NCBI GenBank assembly: GCA_043228905.1
Contig: JBHGNT010000020.1
Coordinates: 9,176,001-9,240,000 of the forward strand
Reading direction: 5' to 3'
DNA from: Azolla caroliniana
Lineage: Eukaryota; Plantae; Polypodiophyta
Length of the DNA stretch: 64,000 nucleotides
Shown: one piece after another, positions 36,101 to 48,384 of the stretch
Position numbering within the stretch: the first letter of the stretch is position 1
How the letters are laid out: each line of letters begins with the position of its first letter
Translations under genes and position numbers: made by a program
Notes under the pieces: generated by a model
Database searches by the model: none
The model's input: only the letters and a program-made list of their open reading frames with translations
What the model was told of the DNA's origin: nothing

Positions 36101-38122
36101 GGTTCATCGTGAACCACATCAACGACTGTGATAAGGTGCTGCAGAGGCTCGAGAGCACGCGACTCACCTTCTCTGGAGAGAAATCAGCGTTCGAGCAGGC
36201 AGAGGTCCTGGTAGTCGGACACCTATGTGGGCCCTATGGCTGAAAACCATCCCTGGCAAAGGTAGAAGCCATCTCCATGATGAAGGACGATTGCGGGTCG
36301 GTTACGAAGGTCCGCAGATTCTTGGGTGCGTGCGCGTTCTACCACATCTAGATTCCGCACTACGCACACATCGCGGAACCGCTCTACGGGCTATTGAAGA
36401 AAGGGCGTAGGTTCGAGTGGAGGACGGAGCACATGGAGTCGTTCCGAAGACTAAAGAGGGCGCTTGCCGCGGCACCGGCTCTCCGGGAAGCGGTTTACGG
36501 CAAGGAAGTCCCCATCTACGTGATGGTGGACACGAGCCCGACCGGGATCGGGTGGGTGATCAGTCAGGAGGACAAGGAAGGTGTACGGTTCCCGATCCGG
36601 TCCGAGGCGAAGGTATTGAGCGAGCGGCAGCGAGGATATGCCCAAGTTAAGCGTGAGCTATGGGGTATCGTTTCGGCAGTTAAGGCCGACAAAGACTATC
36701 TTATCGGGACAGAAGTAATTATTGAGACTGATTGCCTACCGATTCTCGGTATGGTTTCCGGATGAGCGACGCCAGACCTGGCAATGCTCTGGTGGATAGC
36801 GTACGTCAAGTCCCTGAATCCGGAAATTTGACATATTTCCGGGAAGGACAATGCCATGGCCGACACGCTTTCGAGAGCGAGGTTCGATGACGAGGACGAC
36901 ATGGTTTCGGAAGACGAGGAAGTTGGCATGGACTTCTTCGAGGCGGCCTACGTAACGACAAGAAAGGGGAGCACTCCGGCGCTTAACGAGTTCAACGAGA
37001 GCAAATACGACGGAGAGTGGCTCCGAATCGGGAGGTTCCTACGGACGATGACGCCAGACGCGACGTGGACGAGAGAAGAGGCCCGCCAGATGCGGAAGAA
37101 GGCGTACTGGTTCTTCCTACGGGAAGGGCGCATATGGAAGCACCTGAAGAAGCGAAGCAGAACCGCACTCCGCATAGTGGCGAGGGAGGACGAGCAGAAA
37201 GCGCTGCTTATGGCGTACCACGAGAGTCCTTGGGCCGGACACTGCGGGACGTGGGCCACGTTCGAGAAGCTAAAGGGGAAGTACTGGTGGCCGGGACTCT
37301 ACCGGGATGTGCATCGGTTCGTGACGACTTGCGAAAGCTGTCAGGTGCACTCCGTAGTCCGACATCGGGACAACCTTCACCCAACCTACCCCCCGACCAT
37401 CCACTTCAAGTGGATGGTGGATCTGTGACGATGCCGATGGGGGTAGGGCAGATGCGGTATCTGGTGCTGGCTCGGGAGGACCTGACGAACCAGGTGGAAG
37501 ACCGAGCGTTGCAGAACAAAATGACTGCGGTTGTGTGCCGGTTTCTGATCGAAGATGTGGTATGCGGGTACGGGTGCGTCGGCAAGATCGTGGCCGACCG
37601 CGGAGAATTAGACACGCAAGAGGCTGAAGAGCTATTTGACCAGCTAGGGGTTAAACTCTCGCTCACCACAGCGTACAATCTGGAGGCTAACGGGAAGGTG
37701 GAACGCGGACACGGACCAATCGTCAAAGCGTTAGTACGAGCGTGTGGAGGCCAAGTCGGAAACTGGCCGCGGCTCTTACCCTATGCGTTGTGGGCGGAAC
37801 TAATCTACGGGCAGAAGCCGATCATGCCAGTGGAACGGACGATTTCTTTGTGGGTCGTGGTGGGCTGGAAGGTCGAAATGAGCAGTGAAGAGTTGTTGGC
37901 GGCGCGGATCCGGCAACTTGAGCGGAGGCCGGAGGACGTGGAACGGGACCGGTTCGACTGGATGCACTGACTACGACTGATGAAGATCGAGGAAGGCCAC
38001 TGGGTGCTAGTTTACAACAGCAGCCTCGACAACCAGCACAAGGCGACCCGCAAATTTGCAAGGAGATGGTTTAGGCCCTACACGGTGACGAGTGCGAATG
38101 ACAACGGCATGTACCATCTTGC
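33150..38122 (+). pseudogene. pol: D gag-pol
   Basis: ORFs 33150-33662, 33992-34690 (VDHNSEINL protease site), 35047-36765 and 36856-37970 (HHCC, ADRGE, NGKVERGH). Confidence 0.9.
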
Positions 38123-39109
38123 GTGGTTTGGTGGGGGTGGATGTCATGAAGAAAACTAGCCAGAAGCGGAATCGGCGAAGCAGGACGCATGAACCGGCCC
38201 TACACTTTTCCGCACTAATTACTACCTTGTACATAACTAGGAGTAGGACGGTGGGTGTCAACAATGGGGCACGTGTACTATGGTGTCGCAATGGACGACC
38301 TATTGACGGGTCGAACGAGCCTACGGAGAGGCAAACGTGAAGGATGAACCGGAGCCGATGGTTGAAACTGGGAGGGGTCGACGTGGCAAGCCGGGATGCC
38401 GGTCACGGAGGACCGGTTTCTCACCGGCCCGAATCTTTTGCCTTTCTCCGGATTTGGCACGTACCATTGGACGTGCGGTTTGGTGGGGGCGGATGTCGTG
38501 AAGATTTCGGGCCACAATGAGAAACTGGGGAATATCGGAAGAATCGGTGGAGTGCACCATGTACTTACCCTTGTAAAAACGTGTGAATAATAGGAGTTAA
38601 GTCGGGACAGAGGATCTCATACTCTTACTTCGTTTAGGGTTTCTCTTTGGTAGCTTTCTTCTTCTCCTTCGCGTCTGTTTAGGGTTTAGTCTGGTGAAGA
38701 GCTTGTATGTTTAGTAGGGTTTGCTTCTGCTCAGTCTCCTGTGCAAGGCCCCCCTCAACACAACAAGCCCGAGAGCTCCCCGATCGGCAGCTTGGCAGTA
38801 GACGGTTGTTGTAACCTACCCTACCTTGGTCCGGGTCGAAGTCGGGGTTGTATTCTTTTCCTTGTAATATACATACTCGTAACTGTTTGTGCATATCGGT
38901 GTATTTGGTGGTGTCGGGAGCACAACCCCTTGTTTCCTGTGCATAAGAGTCGGTGCGCGTGCATGCTTTCTTTCCTCTCTCCCTCTCTCGTGTTCGGTTG
39001 CCTCCCGACCGTGTCTGGAGTCGGTTTTCTTGTCTCTCGAGCTTCCTCGTCCAAGACCCCCATGGTCTCGCCCCTTTCTACACACACGCACGTAACAACG
39101 CGACAACGT

Positions 39110-42100
39110 CCCGACAATAACGAAGAACTTGGTGTCAGTTGGTCAGATCGTCGACCAAGGTATGCAAGTTCGATTCACACACCTTGGCTGCTTCATAGAA
39201 GAGGAAGGGAAAGTGATCGCGCAAGGGCGCCGTGAAGGGAGGATGTTTATCCTCAACACTAATCAAGCCGCAACCGCGTTGTACGCGAAAGGACAAAAGG
39301 TCGAATTGAATATCAACTTGTGGCACAAGCGGTTTGGCCACGTAAATTTCCCACGGCTTCATGAGATGCAGACGAAGAACATTGTTTTCGGCTTGCCGAA
39401 GTTTCGGGGCCGGAATGCCCAAGTCTGTGAAGCATGTCAGATGGGAAAACAACATCGACTTCCATTCCCGAATGAGCGTAATTGTAGTCGAAGTCCGCTG
39501 GATTTGATCCATTCAGATGTGTGGGGTCCGGCACAAAATGTGAGTCTCGGTGGAAACCATTACTTTGTAACCTTCATCGATGACTTCACTCGGCACACGT
39601 GGGCATGCATGATTGAGAAGAAGAGTGAAGTCTTTGCATGTTTCTTGAAGGTGAAGAGCCTTGCGAAAAGGGAAACAGGGCATAAGATCAAATGCCTATG
39701 GTCCGATGGTGGGAAGGAGTACTTCTCTGACCAGTTCACAAGTTATCTACAGAAGGAGGGAATTCGACGCGAATTCTCATGTAGATACACGCTGTAGTAG
39801 AACGACGTGGCCGAGCGGAAGAATCAGACGATTGAAGAAGCGGCCAAGGCAATGCTTGAAGAGAAGCATATGCCGAAATTCTATTGGGCTGAAGCCGTGA
39901 AGACGGCTGTCTACCTGCAGAATCAGACTTCTGCTAATGGAGGAGTGTCGCCACATGAACTGTATTTCGGGAAGAAGCCGACCTTGGCACAATTGAGGAT
40001 TTTCGGTAGCATCGCGTATGTATCTTCGCCGACCTTTTCAGAGAAAAGGAGGAAACTGGATGCTAAACCTGAGAAATGTATCTTGGTCGGCTATTCAGAT
40101 GAGCAAAAAGGGTATGTGTTATAACCCTCGAACAAAGGAAGTACGCGTAAGCCGCGATGTCGTATTTGACGAGTCCGCTTCGTGGTACATGCCTTCTCCT
40201 CCAATACCTCACGACTCCATTCCGAATTCTGAGGAAGAAGTCAGCGAGGTTGAGATGCCTCTGCATGATGAGGAAATCGGAGCTCTGAGAGAGAGTCCGA
40301 TCTCAGTTCGGCTAGGTGGGCCGAACGAGGGGTTGGGCCGGGATGGCCAACTAGATGATGAGACGGCGAGTAGTGGAGACTCGGTCGTGCATTCCCCGCG
40401 TAAAAAACCGAGGAGACGGTTTACGCGCAAGGAGAAAGAGAAGAAGAAGACCCTGAAATACGATTTCAGTAGTGCCGAGTCAATTCGAAGCGAATCTAAA
40501 CTCGAGCCAGTCGAGAATGAACCTCCATGGAAGAGGTCAAAATCGGCCGAAAAGGTCACAAAATCAAGTAATCACGAATTACGCCGATCTACCCGCCAAA
40601 AGAACCCAGTAACGAGATACGAGTATAATGAATACATGGTGCACCATTATGCGTATATGACGCGAGTGGCAGAAGTGCGTGAGCTGGAGAGCTACGCAAA
40701 AGCGGCGAGAGACGCAAATTGGCGTGCCGCGATGGAGGAAGAGATGCACGCATTATCGGAGAATGAAACCTGGGACCTAGTTGACGCCGCGAAGGGTGTA
40801 AAGCCGATCGGATGCAGATGGGTGTATAAGGTGAAATACAACACCGATGGCTCTATCAACTGCTACAAGGCCCGTTTGGTAGCGAAAGGCTACGCGTAGA
40901 AGCACGGCGTGGACTACGACGAGACCTTCACACCTATCGCGAAGATGACTACCGTGCGAGTCCTGCTAGCTGTAGCAGCGACGAAAGGGTGGCACTTACA
41001 TCAGATGGATGTAAAGAATGTGTTCCTGCAAGGTGATCTTGAGGAATAGGTGTATATGGTACAACCCCCTAGATTTCTATCTGAACAAAATACTTCGGTG
41101 GTTTACCGATTGAAGAAGTCACTCTACGGACTTAAGTAAGCCCCGCGAGCTTGGAACGCGAAGATTACGCAACAGCTACATAAGATGGGGTTTGTGTCGT
41201 CGAAATCAGACTCTTCTCTATTTGTTCAGCAAGGTCAAAATGGACCAGTTAGTCTTCTATTGTATGTTGATGATTTAGTCATCACCGGTGCCGATCTCGA
41301 AGAAATCCGCCGCATAAAGTCTCAGCTTGCAGCATCGTTTGAAATGAAGGATCTCGGAGACCTTCATTACTTCCTTGGGATCGAAGTGATCCTTACCCCC
41401 GAAGGCATATTGATCAATCAACGTCATTATGCGCTGAATATGCTCTTCAAGTTCGGGATGGCAGACTGTAATCCCATCTCGATCCCTCTAGACAGAAACG
41501 TAAAGCTTCGCCAAGGTTTGGAAAAGGCGTGCAACCCAACACGGTTCCGACAGATTGTCGGAAGCCTCATCTATTTGACTATTACTCGGCCGGACCTCAG
41601 TTACTCGGTTGGCATGATCAATCGATTCATGTGGCAGCCTACGGCCGAACACCTTCAGTGCGCGCAATGGATATTGCGATATGTAAGCAGTACAAAAGAC
41701 ATGGCGTTGCTATATCGAGCAGGCGTAGCTGAATAGTTAGTCGACTACACGGATGCCGATTGGGTCGGAAACGCCCACGATCGTCGATCCACATTTGGAT
41801 ACGCATTCTCATTAGGCAGTACAGCGATCGCGTGGAGCAACAAAAAGCAGCCGACAGTAGCCCTGTCGAGCACCGAGACCGAATATTGAGGGGCGACTTT
41901 CGCTACGTGCGAAGTCATTTGGATGAAACAGCTATTACAAGATCTACAGGTAGAGGTGTCTGATCCGACGATGATCTATTGCGACAACCTCAACAGTATC
42001 CACCTTGCGAAGAACCCCGTTTTCCACGCCCGGACCAAGCACATTGAGGTGCATTACCGTTTCGTCCGCGAGTAGGTCCTTTCAGGTGAAGTCGAACTAG

Positions 42101-42225
42101 CTCATGTTTCGATTGATCGGCAGATTGCCGACATCTTCACAAAACCTCCTGGTCTCGACAAGTTACGGCATTTCTCGGGTGCTCTTGGGTTGCATCACCT
42201 CGACACGGCAAACTTGAGGGGGAGA
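39110..42225 (+). pseudogene. pol: Copia A integrase, RT and RNase H
   Basis: WHKRFGH, CEAC, HSDVWGP, SDGGKEY, YKARLVAKG, LYVDD, YTDADW, RTKHIEV; many nonsense mutations. Confidence 0.93.
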
Positions 42226-42455
42226 AAGGAAGAACAGGAACAAGAGCATGAAAGGAGCAGAGGTGTTCATCATGGCAGAGGTGACTGTGATGGAGAAGTG
42301 GGATTTCGGACCGGCTGAAGAAGTCGAAGAAGGAAGCAAGGGCCGCAATCGTAGGGAAGAGCCGAGGACAGCCAAATCAAGGGGAGATACAGCCAAGAAG
42401 GGAATAAAGGCCAAGACCAAGACGTGTTCTGATGTAGTCAAAGGCCTAAAGACAG

Positions 42456-45400
42456 TGTGAAAGATTATGTGCGGAAGCAATAGAAAATGAACACAAAGAA
42501 AATACGCAAGTTTAATGGAGAGCTTGAATATACACAATACGCGGGAGAGACAGAGAGAGAACACACAGAAAAACTTGATTCAAAATAATGCTCAATTTGT
42601 ACATAGGATGTGCTCAGTGAACACCTTTATACAAGCCCTGACAATCGGGCTAACACAAGTACTGACAGTACTTGACTGCTCGTAAATGAGCCTCAATTCC
42701 TTTATACAACTCCCAAATATATTCCTTGCGGAATATCTTTCCGATGGCCTCCCGGTTTCTGCATCGATCCGGCCTAACCGATCAGTCCCAACCGATCCGG
42801 TCCTCGGCTTGCTCAACCGATCTGGCCGATGTTGAGCTTGTCTCTCAACACTCCCCCTCAAGCTCAACTTGACGCTCTTCCGGATCTTCCAGATCACCGC
42901 TCCGGTCCCTCCTGGCTCCACGCCTCGCTTGCGCTCCTCGGCCTTTTCGACGCCATGTGCTTCGACCCTTCCGGTCGGCTTGTCTACTTCTACGACCCTT
43001 CACAGCTCCCTTGCTGTTGCGGTGTTGGCGCTTCTCCTGCTGCCTTATTTTCCACTTGGCCCTCGGTTGATTCAATGTATCAGAATCAAACATCCGAACC
43101 GACTTGGCTACCTCCGATCGGTTTCCGCTCTCGTCCGAGTTGGCTGTCTCCAACTCGTCTTCGGCCTTCTCACCCTTAACGGCGTCATCTCCCCCATGCT
43201 TGGTTGGCTTTGGCTCTTTCTTCCGGCTGCTCCCCTTATGTCCGCTTTCGAACTCTTCCACGGATCCGCCCTCTTCAGCCGATCCGAAGTCAAATTCGTC
43301 ATACGACTCCTTTCTTGCTCCCTTCCGTGGTCATCCGGGACGTCTCTCCCCTTCAAGTTCGGCACGTCGCAACTTGTCCAAACCAAGAGGCTTGATGAAA
43401 ATATCGGCATGTTGTCGATCCATCGGAACATACTGAAGTTCGACTTCACCAAAAAGGATACGCTCACGGACAAAATGGTAGTGCACCTCAATGTGCTTGG
43501 TCCGTGCGTGGAAAACGGGGTTCTTCGCAAGCTGGATGTTGCTGAGGTTGTCGTAGTAGATCGGCGTCGGATTGGACACCTCCTCTTGCAGGTCCCTAAG
43601 TAGCTGCTTCAACCATATAGCTTTGCATATCGTGACAGCCGCTCTATACTCGGCTTCGGTGCTCGACAGTGCAACTGTCGGTTGCTTCTTACTGCTCCAC
43701 GCGATCGCGGCACTCCTGAAAGAGAACGCGAAACCAGACGTGGATCGGCAATCGGCGACGTTGCCGACCCAGACGGCATCGGTGTAGCCGACCAACTGCA
43801 GGGTTGTATCAGACCGATATAGTAGCCCCCGGTCTTTAGTGCCACTGACGTACCGGAGTACGCGTTGTGCGCACTGAAGGTGTTCCTCAGTCTGTCGCAC
43901 CATGAACTAACTAATCACCCCGACCGGGTAGCTGAGATCTGGTCAGGTGATGGTCAAGTAAATAAGGTTGCCGACTATCTGTCGGAACCTCGTCGGGTTG
44001 CATACCTTTCCGGAGTTGGGGCGAACCTTGACGGTTCTATCCAGAGGAGTCGAGACAGACTTATAGTCGGCCATCCCGAATTTGAAGAGCATACTCAACA
44101 CATAATGACGTTGGCTTATCAATATGCCTTAGGGGGTATGGATCACTTCTATTCCGAGGAAGTAATGAAGATCCCCCATATCCTTCATGTCGAAAGGTGC
44201 CGCAAGCTGGAGCTTCACGCGGTCGATTTCCCCTAGGTCGGCACCGGTGATGACCAAGTCATCAACATATAGTAGAATACTGACCGGACCGAGTCGACTT
44301 TTCCGGATGAAAAGGGAAGAGTCCGATTTTGACGCTGCAAAGCCCATCCGACGTAGTTGTTGCGTGATCTTTGCGTTCCAAGCATGCGGGGCTTGCTTCA
44401 GTCCGTAAAGGGACTTCTTCAATCGGCACACTACCGACATGTTCGTTCCGAAGTGAAATCCGGGGGGTTGTACCATGTACACCTATTCCTCAAGCTCACC
44501 TTGCAGGAACCCATTCTTTACATCCATCTGATGTAAGTGCCACCCCTTTGCCGCAACTACTGCGAGCAAAATGTTACTAGCCGGCAAAGGAGTCCAGAGT
44601 GGGAAACGGAGAGTTATTTAAGTAGTAGGAATGTGGTTGTAATTAAACTATGAGTGTGGATGGACGGACCGGAATCAGTATGCCGTTCCGGATCCGGACC
44701 GATCCCAAACAAGTGTGGATGGCACCGTTTTGTAATACAGACCGGAAACCTATTTAAAGGCCCGGATACAATGTAATGAATAGCGGTTAATTAATAAAGC
44801 TTAGTGTTGTTATCTCTCTATGTTAATTGCCATTCTGCCTTAATTGTTATATCTTACACGTGTGATTATGAAAGATGATCATGTTAAGTAACTTAATTAA
44901 GTCGGATTAATCGTTGAGTCTAATCCTGTTGCTGTAACACCCTTTGGTGAAGTGTCTTCCGTAGACACCCTGTGTTAGGCCATTGTCCGGCCCTAAGAGT
45001 TAACACAGTTTTTGGCGACCACGATTCCTGTTTTTGCAGCGAACGACGGCACGGATGGATGTCTAGATCAACGCACGACCTGGTTACAGATCAAACTCGA
45101 CGCCTTGCCGAAAGGCAAAGGAGACGTGAGGCTTTCTAGCAAGCGGCGCAGGAAATTAGAGCGGATCGCTCGTTTTCCAACGTAATCCGGAGAGTAGCGG
45201 AGGACTCCCTCTGGTTACAGCAAACATCGCACCCGGACGACAACAGTAGCCTAAGCAGCCTCCGGGAAACCGAATCCCTTCTCCACACGTTGGCAAACGG
45301 AGAAGGCGAAGCAGAAGCCTTTTCAGCATATGAATCAGACTCCGAAGGGGAATACAACGTGCACACGAACTACCGTAGCAGCATCGGAACCCCTGGAGGA

Positions 45401-47640
45401 CCGGAGGACGAAGGATCGGATACCTTACCGACACCGGAACCGGAAGTGCTAACGTTGGAACCCCCGGAACCAGCAAAGGAAGAGCGACCTCCGACACCGG
45501 AAGTCGAAGAGGAGAGGCCTCCGTCACCAAAAGAAGAGGAAAAACCACCGATGCCAGAAGGAAATCGGGAAAGACCACCCACGCCGGAGAAAATTCCAGA
45601 ACGAGCACCAACACTGCCAGCCCGCGCACCGATACCGGACGACGACATGTCGTTCCAGTACTCCAAGTATAGAGATGATCCGGAAGCGGAAGCTCACATT
45701 CACGCCTTTGAACAGACCTGGGAAGCAAACCATGTGTCCCCGGATGAAGAGGAACGCTCTAAGATAGCGGAATTTGGCGTCACATTGGAGGGACCGGCAA
45801 CAAGATGGCGCCGGATGCAGGACCCGTCTACCATGAACACCTTTGCAGATTTAAAAGCTAAATTCTTGCATTTTTTCCAAAAGGAGGTGGACCAGACCGT
45901 AATGGTAGGCTTATTTTATACCATCCGACAGGAGGCAGGGGAGAGCATTCCCCAATTTGTCATCCGGTTTCAACGGATGCATAGTCAGCTTGCCCGCGCA
46001 CCCCCGGAGGAGGAATTAAGGACAATATTCCTAAACGCGCTCTAGGAACCCCTACGCACGGTTTGCACGGTAATTGACTTCCGCACAAGTACCATCGACC
46101 AGGTCATTGACCGGGTGAGAGAGATGGAAAAGACAAGCTCCTGGCTCACACTAGGAGCACTCCAACGGGCGTTACCATCCGATGAAGACCTCCAGTTTCG
46201 GCAAGCAATACAATGCACAACCTGCTTGAATTCCGGACACTGCAAAAGCAAGAATCGTGGTCGCCAAAAACTGTGTTAACTCTTAGGGCCGGACAATGGT
46301 CTAACACAGGGTGTCTACGGAAGACACTTCACCAAAGGGGTGTTACGGCAATAGGATTAGACTCAACGATTAATCCGACTTAATTAGGTTACTTAGCATG
46401 ATCGTCCTTAATATTCACATGCGTAGGATATAACAATGAATGCAGAACGGCAATTAACACAGAGAGATAACAACACTAAGCTTTATTAATTAACCGTTGT
46501 TCATTACATTGTATCCGGGCCTTTAAATAGGTTTCCGGTCTATATTACAACACGGTGCCATCCGCACCTGTTCGGGATCGGTCCGGATCCGGAACGGCAT
46601 ACCGATTCCGTTCCGTCCGTCCACACTCAAAGCTTACTTACAACCATTCCTACTAATTAAATAACTCCCCGTTTCACACTCTGGACTCCTTTGCCGGCCA
46701 GGCCGGTAACAAGACAGACCGGGAACATCACGCTTTCCTTGATGTTCACATCGATGGAAGCTAAGGAGTCACATATTTCCTTGATCTTTGAGGTATAGTC
46801 AGCCACCGACAAATCACGTTGTCGTAGGTTGCTCAACTCCTATCGAAGCTAAAGCTTCTTGGCTGTGGTGCTCGTGGCAAAGATCTTCTTTAGATTTTCC
46901 CACGCACCCTTCGGCATTTTTGCATCCCGAACGTAGCTTAATAGTTGTTCGCCCACACAAGACGCAAAGCAGTACAATACCCTGCTCGCCGACTGTTCCC
47001 ACGCCGGGAAATCTTTGTGTGTCGATTCGGGTGCTGTGTCATTTGCTCCATCGAGATAGCTCTAGTAACCGTGTCCGAGCAGGTACTGGTGCATCTTGTA
47101 GGACCAAGATGCGTAGTTGTTTCTGTCGAGCTTCTCCATCGAAAGCGAGCTAGCCATGCCTCTATCCATCGGTGTTTACCTGTTGTTCTTGGTTGGTTTT
47201 TCTTTTCAAACTAAGTTGGTTGCAGAGGTTCTCAACCCTCGCGCTCTGATACCATGTAAAAGATTATGTGCGGAAGCAATAGAAAACGAACACAGAAAAA
47301 ATACGCAAGTTCAATAGAGAGCTTGAATATACACAGTACGCGGCAGAGACAGAGAGAGAACACACAAAAAAACTCGATTCAAAATAATGCTCAATCTGTA
47401 CATAGGATGTGTTGTGAGCACCTTTATACAAGCCCTGACAATCGGGCTGACACAAGTACTAACAGTACTTGACTGCTCATAAATGAGCCTCGACACTCAC
47501 TCCCAAATATATTCCTTGCGGAATATCTTTCCGATGGCCTCCCGGTTTCTGCACCGATCCGGCCTAACCGATCGGTCCCAACCGATCCAGTCCTCGGCTT
47601 GCTCAGCCGATCCGGCCGATGTTGAGCTTCTCTCTTAACA
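42456..47640 (-). mobile_element. Ty1/Copia element H (relative of A), central region deleted
   Basis: LTRs 42456-42850 and 47255-47640; PBS TGGTATCAGAGC 47243-47254; PPT 42851-42860; TSD GACAG/GATAG; gag 47169-46712; RT/RNase H 44571-~43350. Confidence 0.9.
44572..46711. mobile_element. two J-family 5' ends joined in inverted orientation
   Basis: LTR(+) 44572-45005, PBS TGGCGACCACGA (tRNA-Arg-like) ~45013-45024 and gag to ~46240, then inverted PBS 46255-46266 and LTR(-) ~46272-46711; the flanks are not a TSD. Confidence 0.88.
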
Positions 47641-48384
47641 GATAGGAGATGAATTGGAGACAGCCAATTCGGATGACTGCGGAATTGAATCGGAAGAGTT
47701 TGATTCAATCGGAATGTTCGATTCGGATACGCCGAATCAACTGAAGGCCATGCAGAGAAAAGGGCAGCGAAGGACGCGCTGACACCGCAATAGCAAGGGA
47801 GTTGAGAAGGGCCGGATGAGTAGACAAGTGAATCGAACGTCAAGGAGCGCGAGCGAGGCGTGAAGCCAATAGGGATCAGAACGTAGATCCGGGAGAGCGG
47901 ATGAAACCTCAAGTTGAGCTTGAGGGGGAGTGTTGAGTGACAAGCTCAATAATGAGTGCGTAATATGGTGCATAACCCAGTGCGTAGACTGGGTGCGTAA
48001 AACAGTACGCACTATATGGCCATAATGGTGCGAACACCGCAAGGCCGTTAGAGAGATATTCCTCGAAAGGAATAATTTTGGGAGTGAGTGTAGCGGCTCA
48101 TTTATCAGCGTCAAGTACTGTACTTGTGTCAACCCAATAATCAGGGCTTGTATAAAAGGTGCTCAAAGAGCACGAAGTATGTACAGAGTGTCATTATTTT
48201 GAAATAGAATTGAGTTGTCTGCTCTCTCTATCTCTCCCTCTCCATCTCCATCTCTGTGTTTTTTGAGTTCTCCGAACTGTGTACTCTGTGTTTCGCATAC
48301 GCTTCCACACACATATTCTTCTACATTAACATTGTAATGAGTGACAACGAGTAGACTATTGTATCACCAATAAAAGAAGAAGGC

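Larger units (their letters stand above)
28045..38257 (+). mobile_element. Gypsy element D (Phygy/Ylt1-like non-chromovirus), full domain set, degenerate
   Basis: 5' LTR 28045-28100 plus 32509-33105 (split by B3); Trp PBS 33110-33127; gag, protease, RT (KYKTVDRKVRPV, RFIQDLQPVN, FLDD), RNase H (VDTSPTGIG) and integrase; PPT ~38124-38141; 3' LTR from 38142, truncated near 38257. Confidence 0.88.
19175..39105 (+). mobile_element. non-autonomous gag-only LTR element B2 (host of C and D)
   Basis: LTRs 19175-19924 and 38494-39105 (the latter with a ~140-bp deletion); TSD ACGT at 19171-19174 and 39106-39109; Trp PBS 19929-19946; PPT ~38475-38493. Confidence 0.9.
17470..48325 (+). mobile_element. 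Ty1/Copia element A (Ale/Bryco-like), host of B2 and H
   Basis: LTRs 17470-17868 and 47931-48325; PBS TGGTATTAGAGC (iMet) 17869-17880; PPT 47921-47930; TSD CTAAC/TTAAC. Confidence 0.9.
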
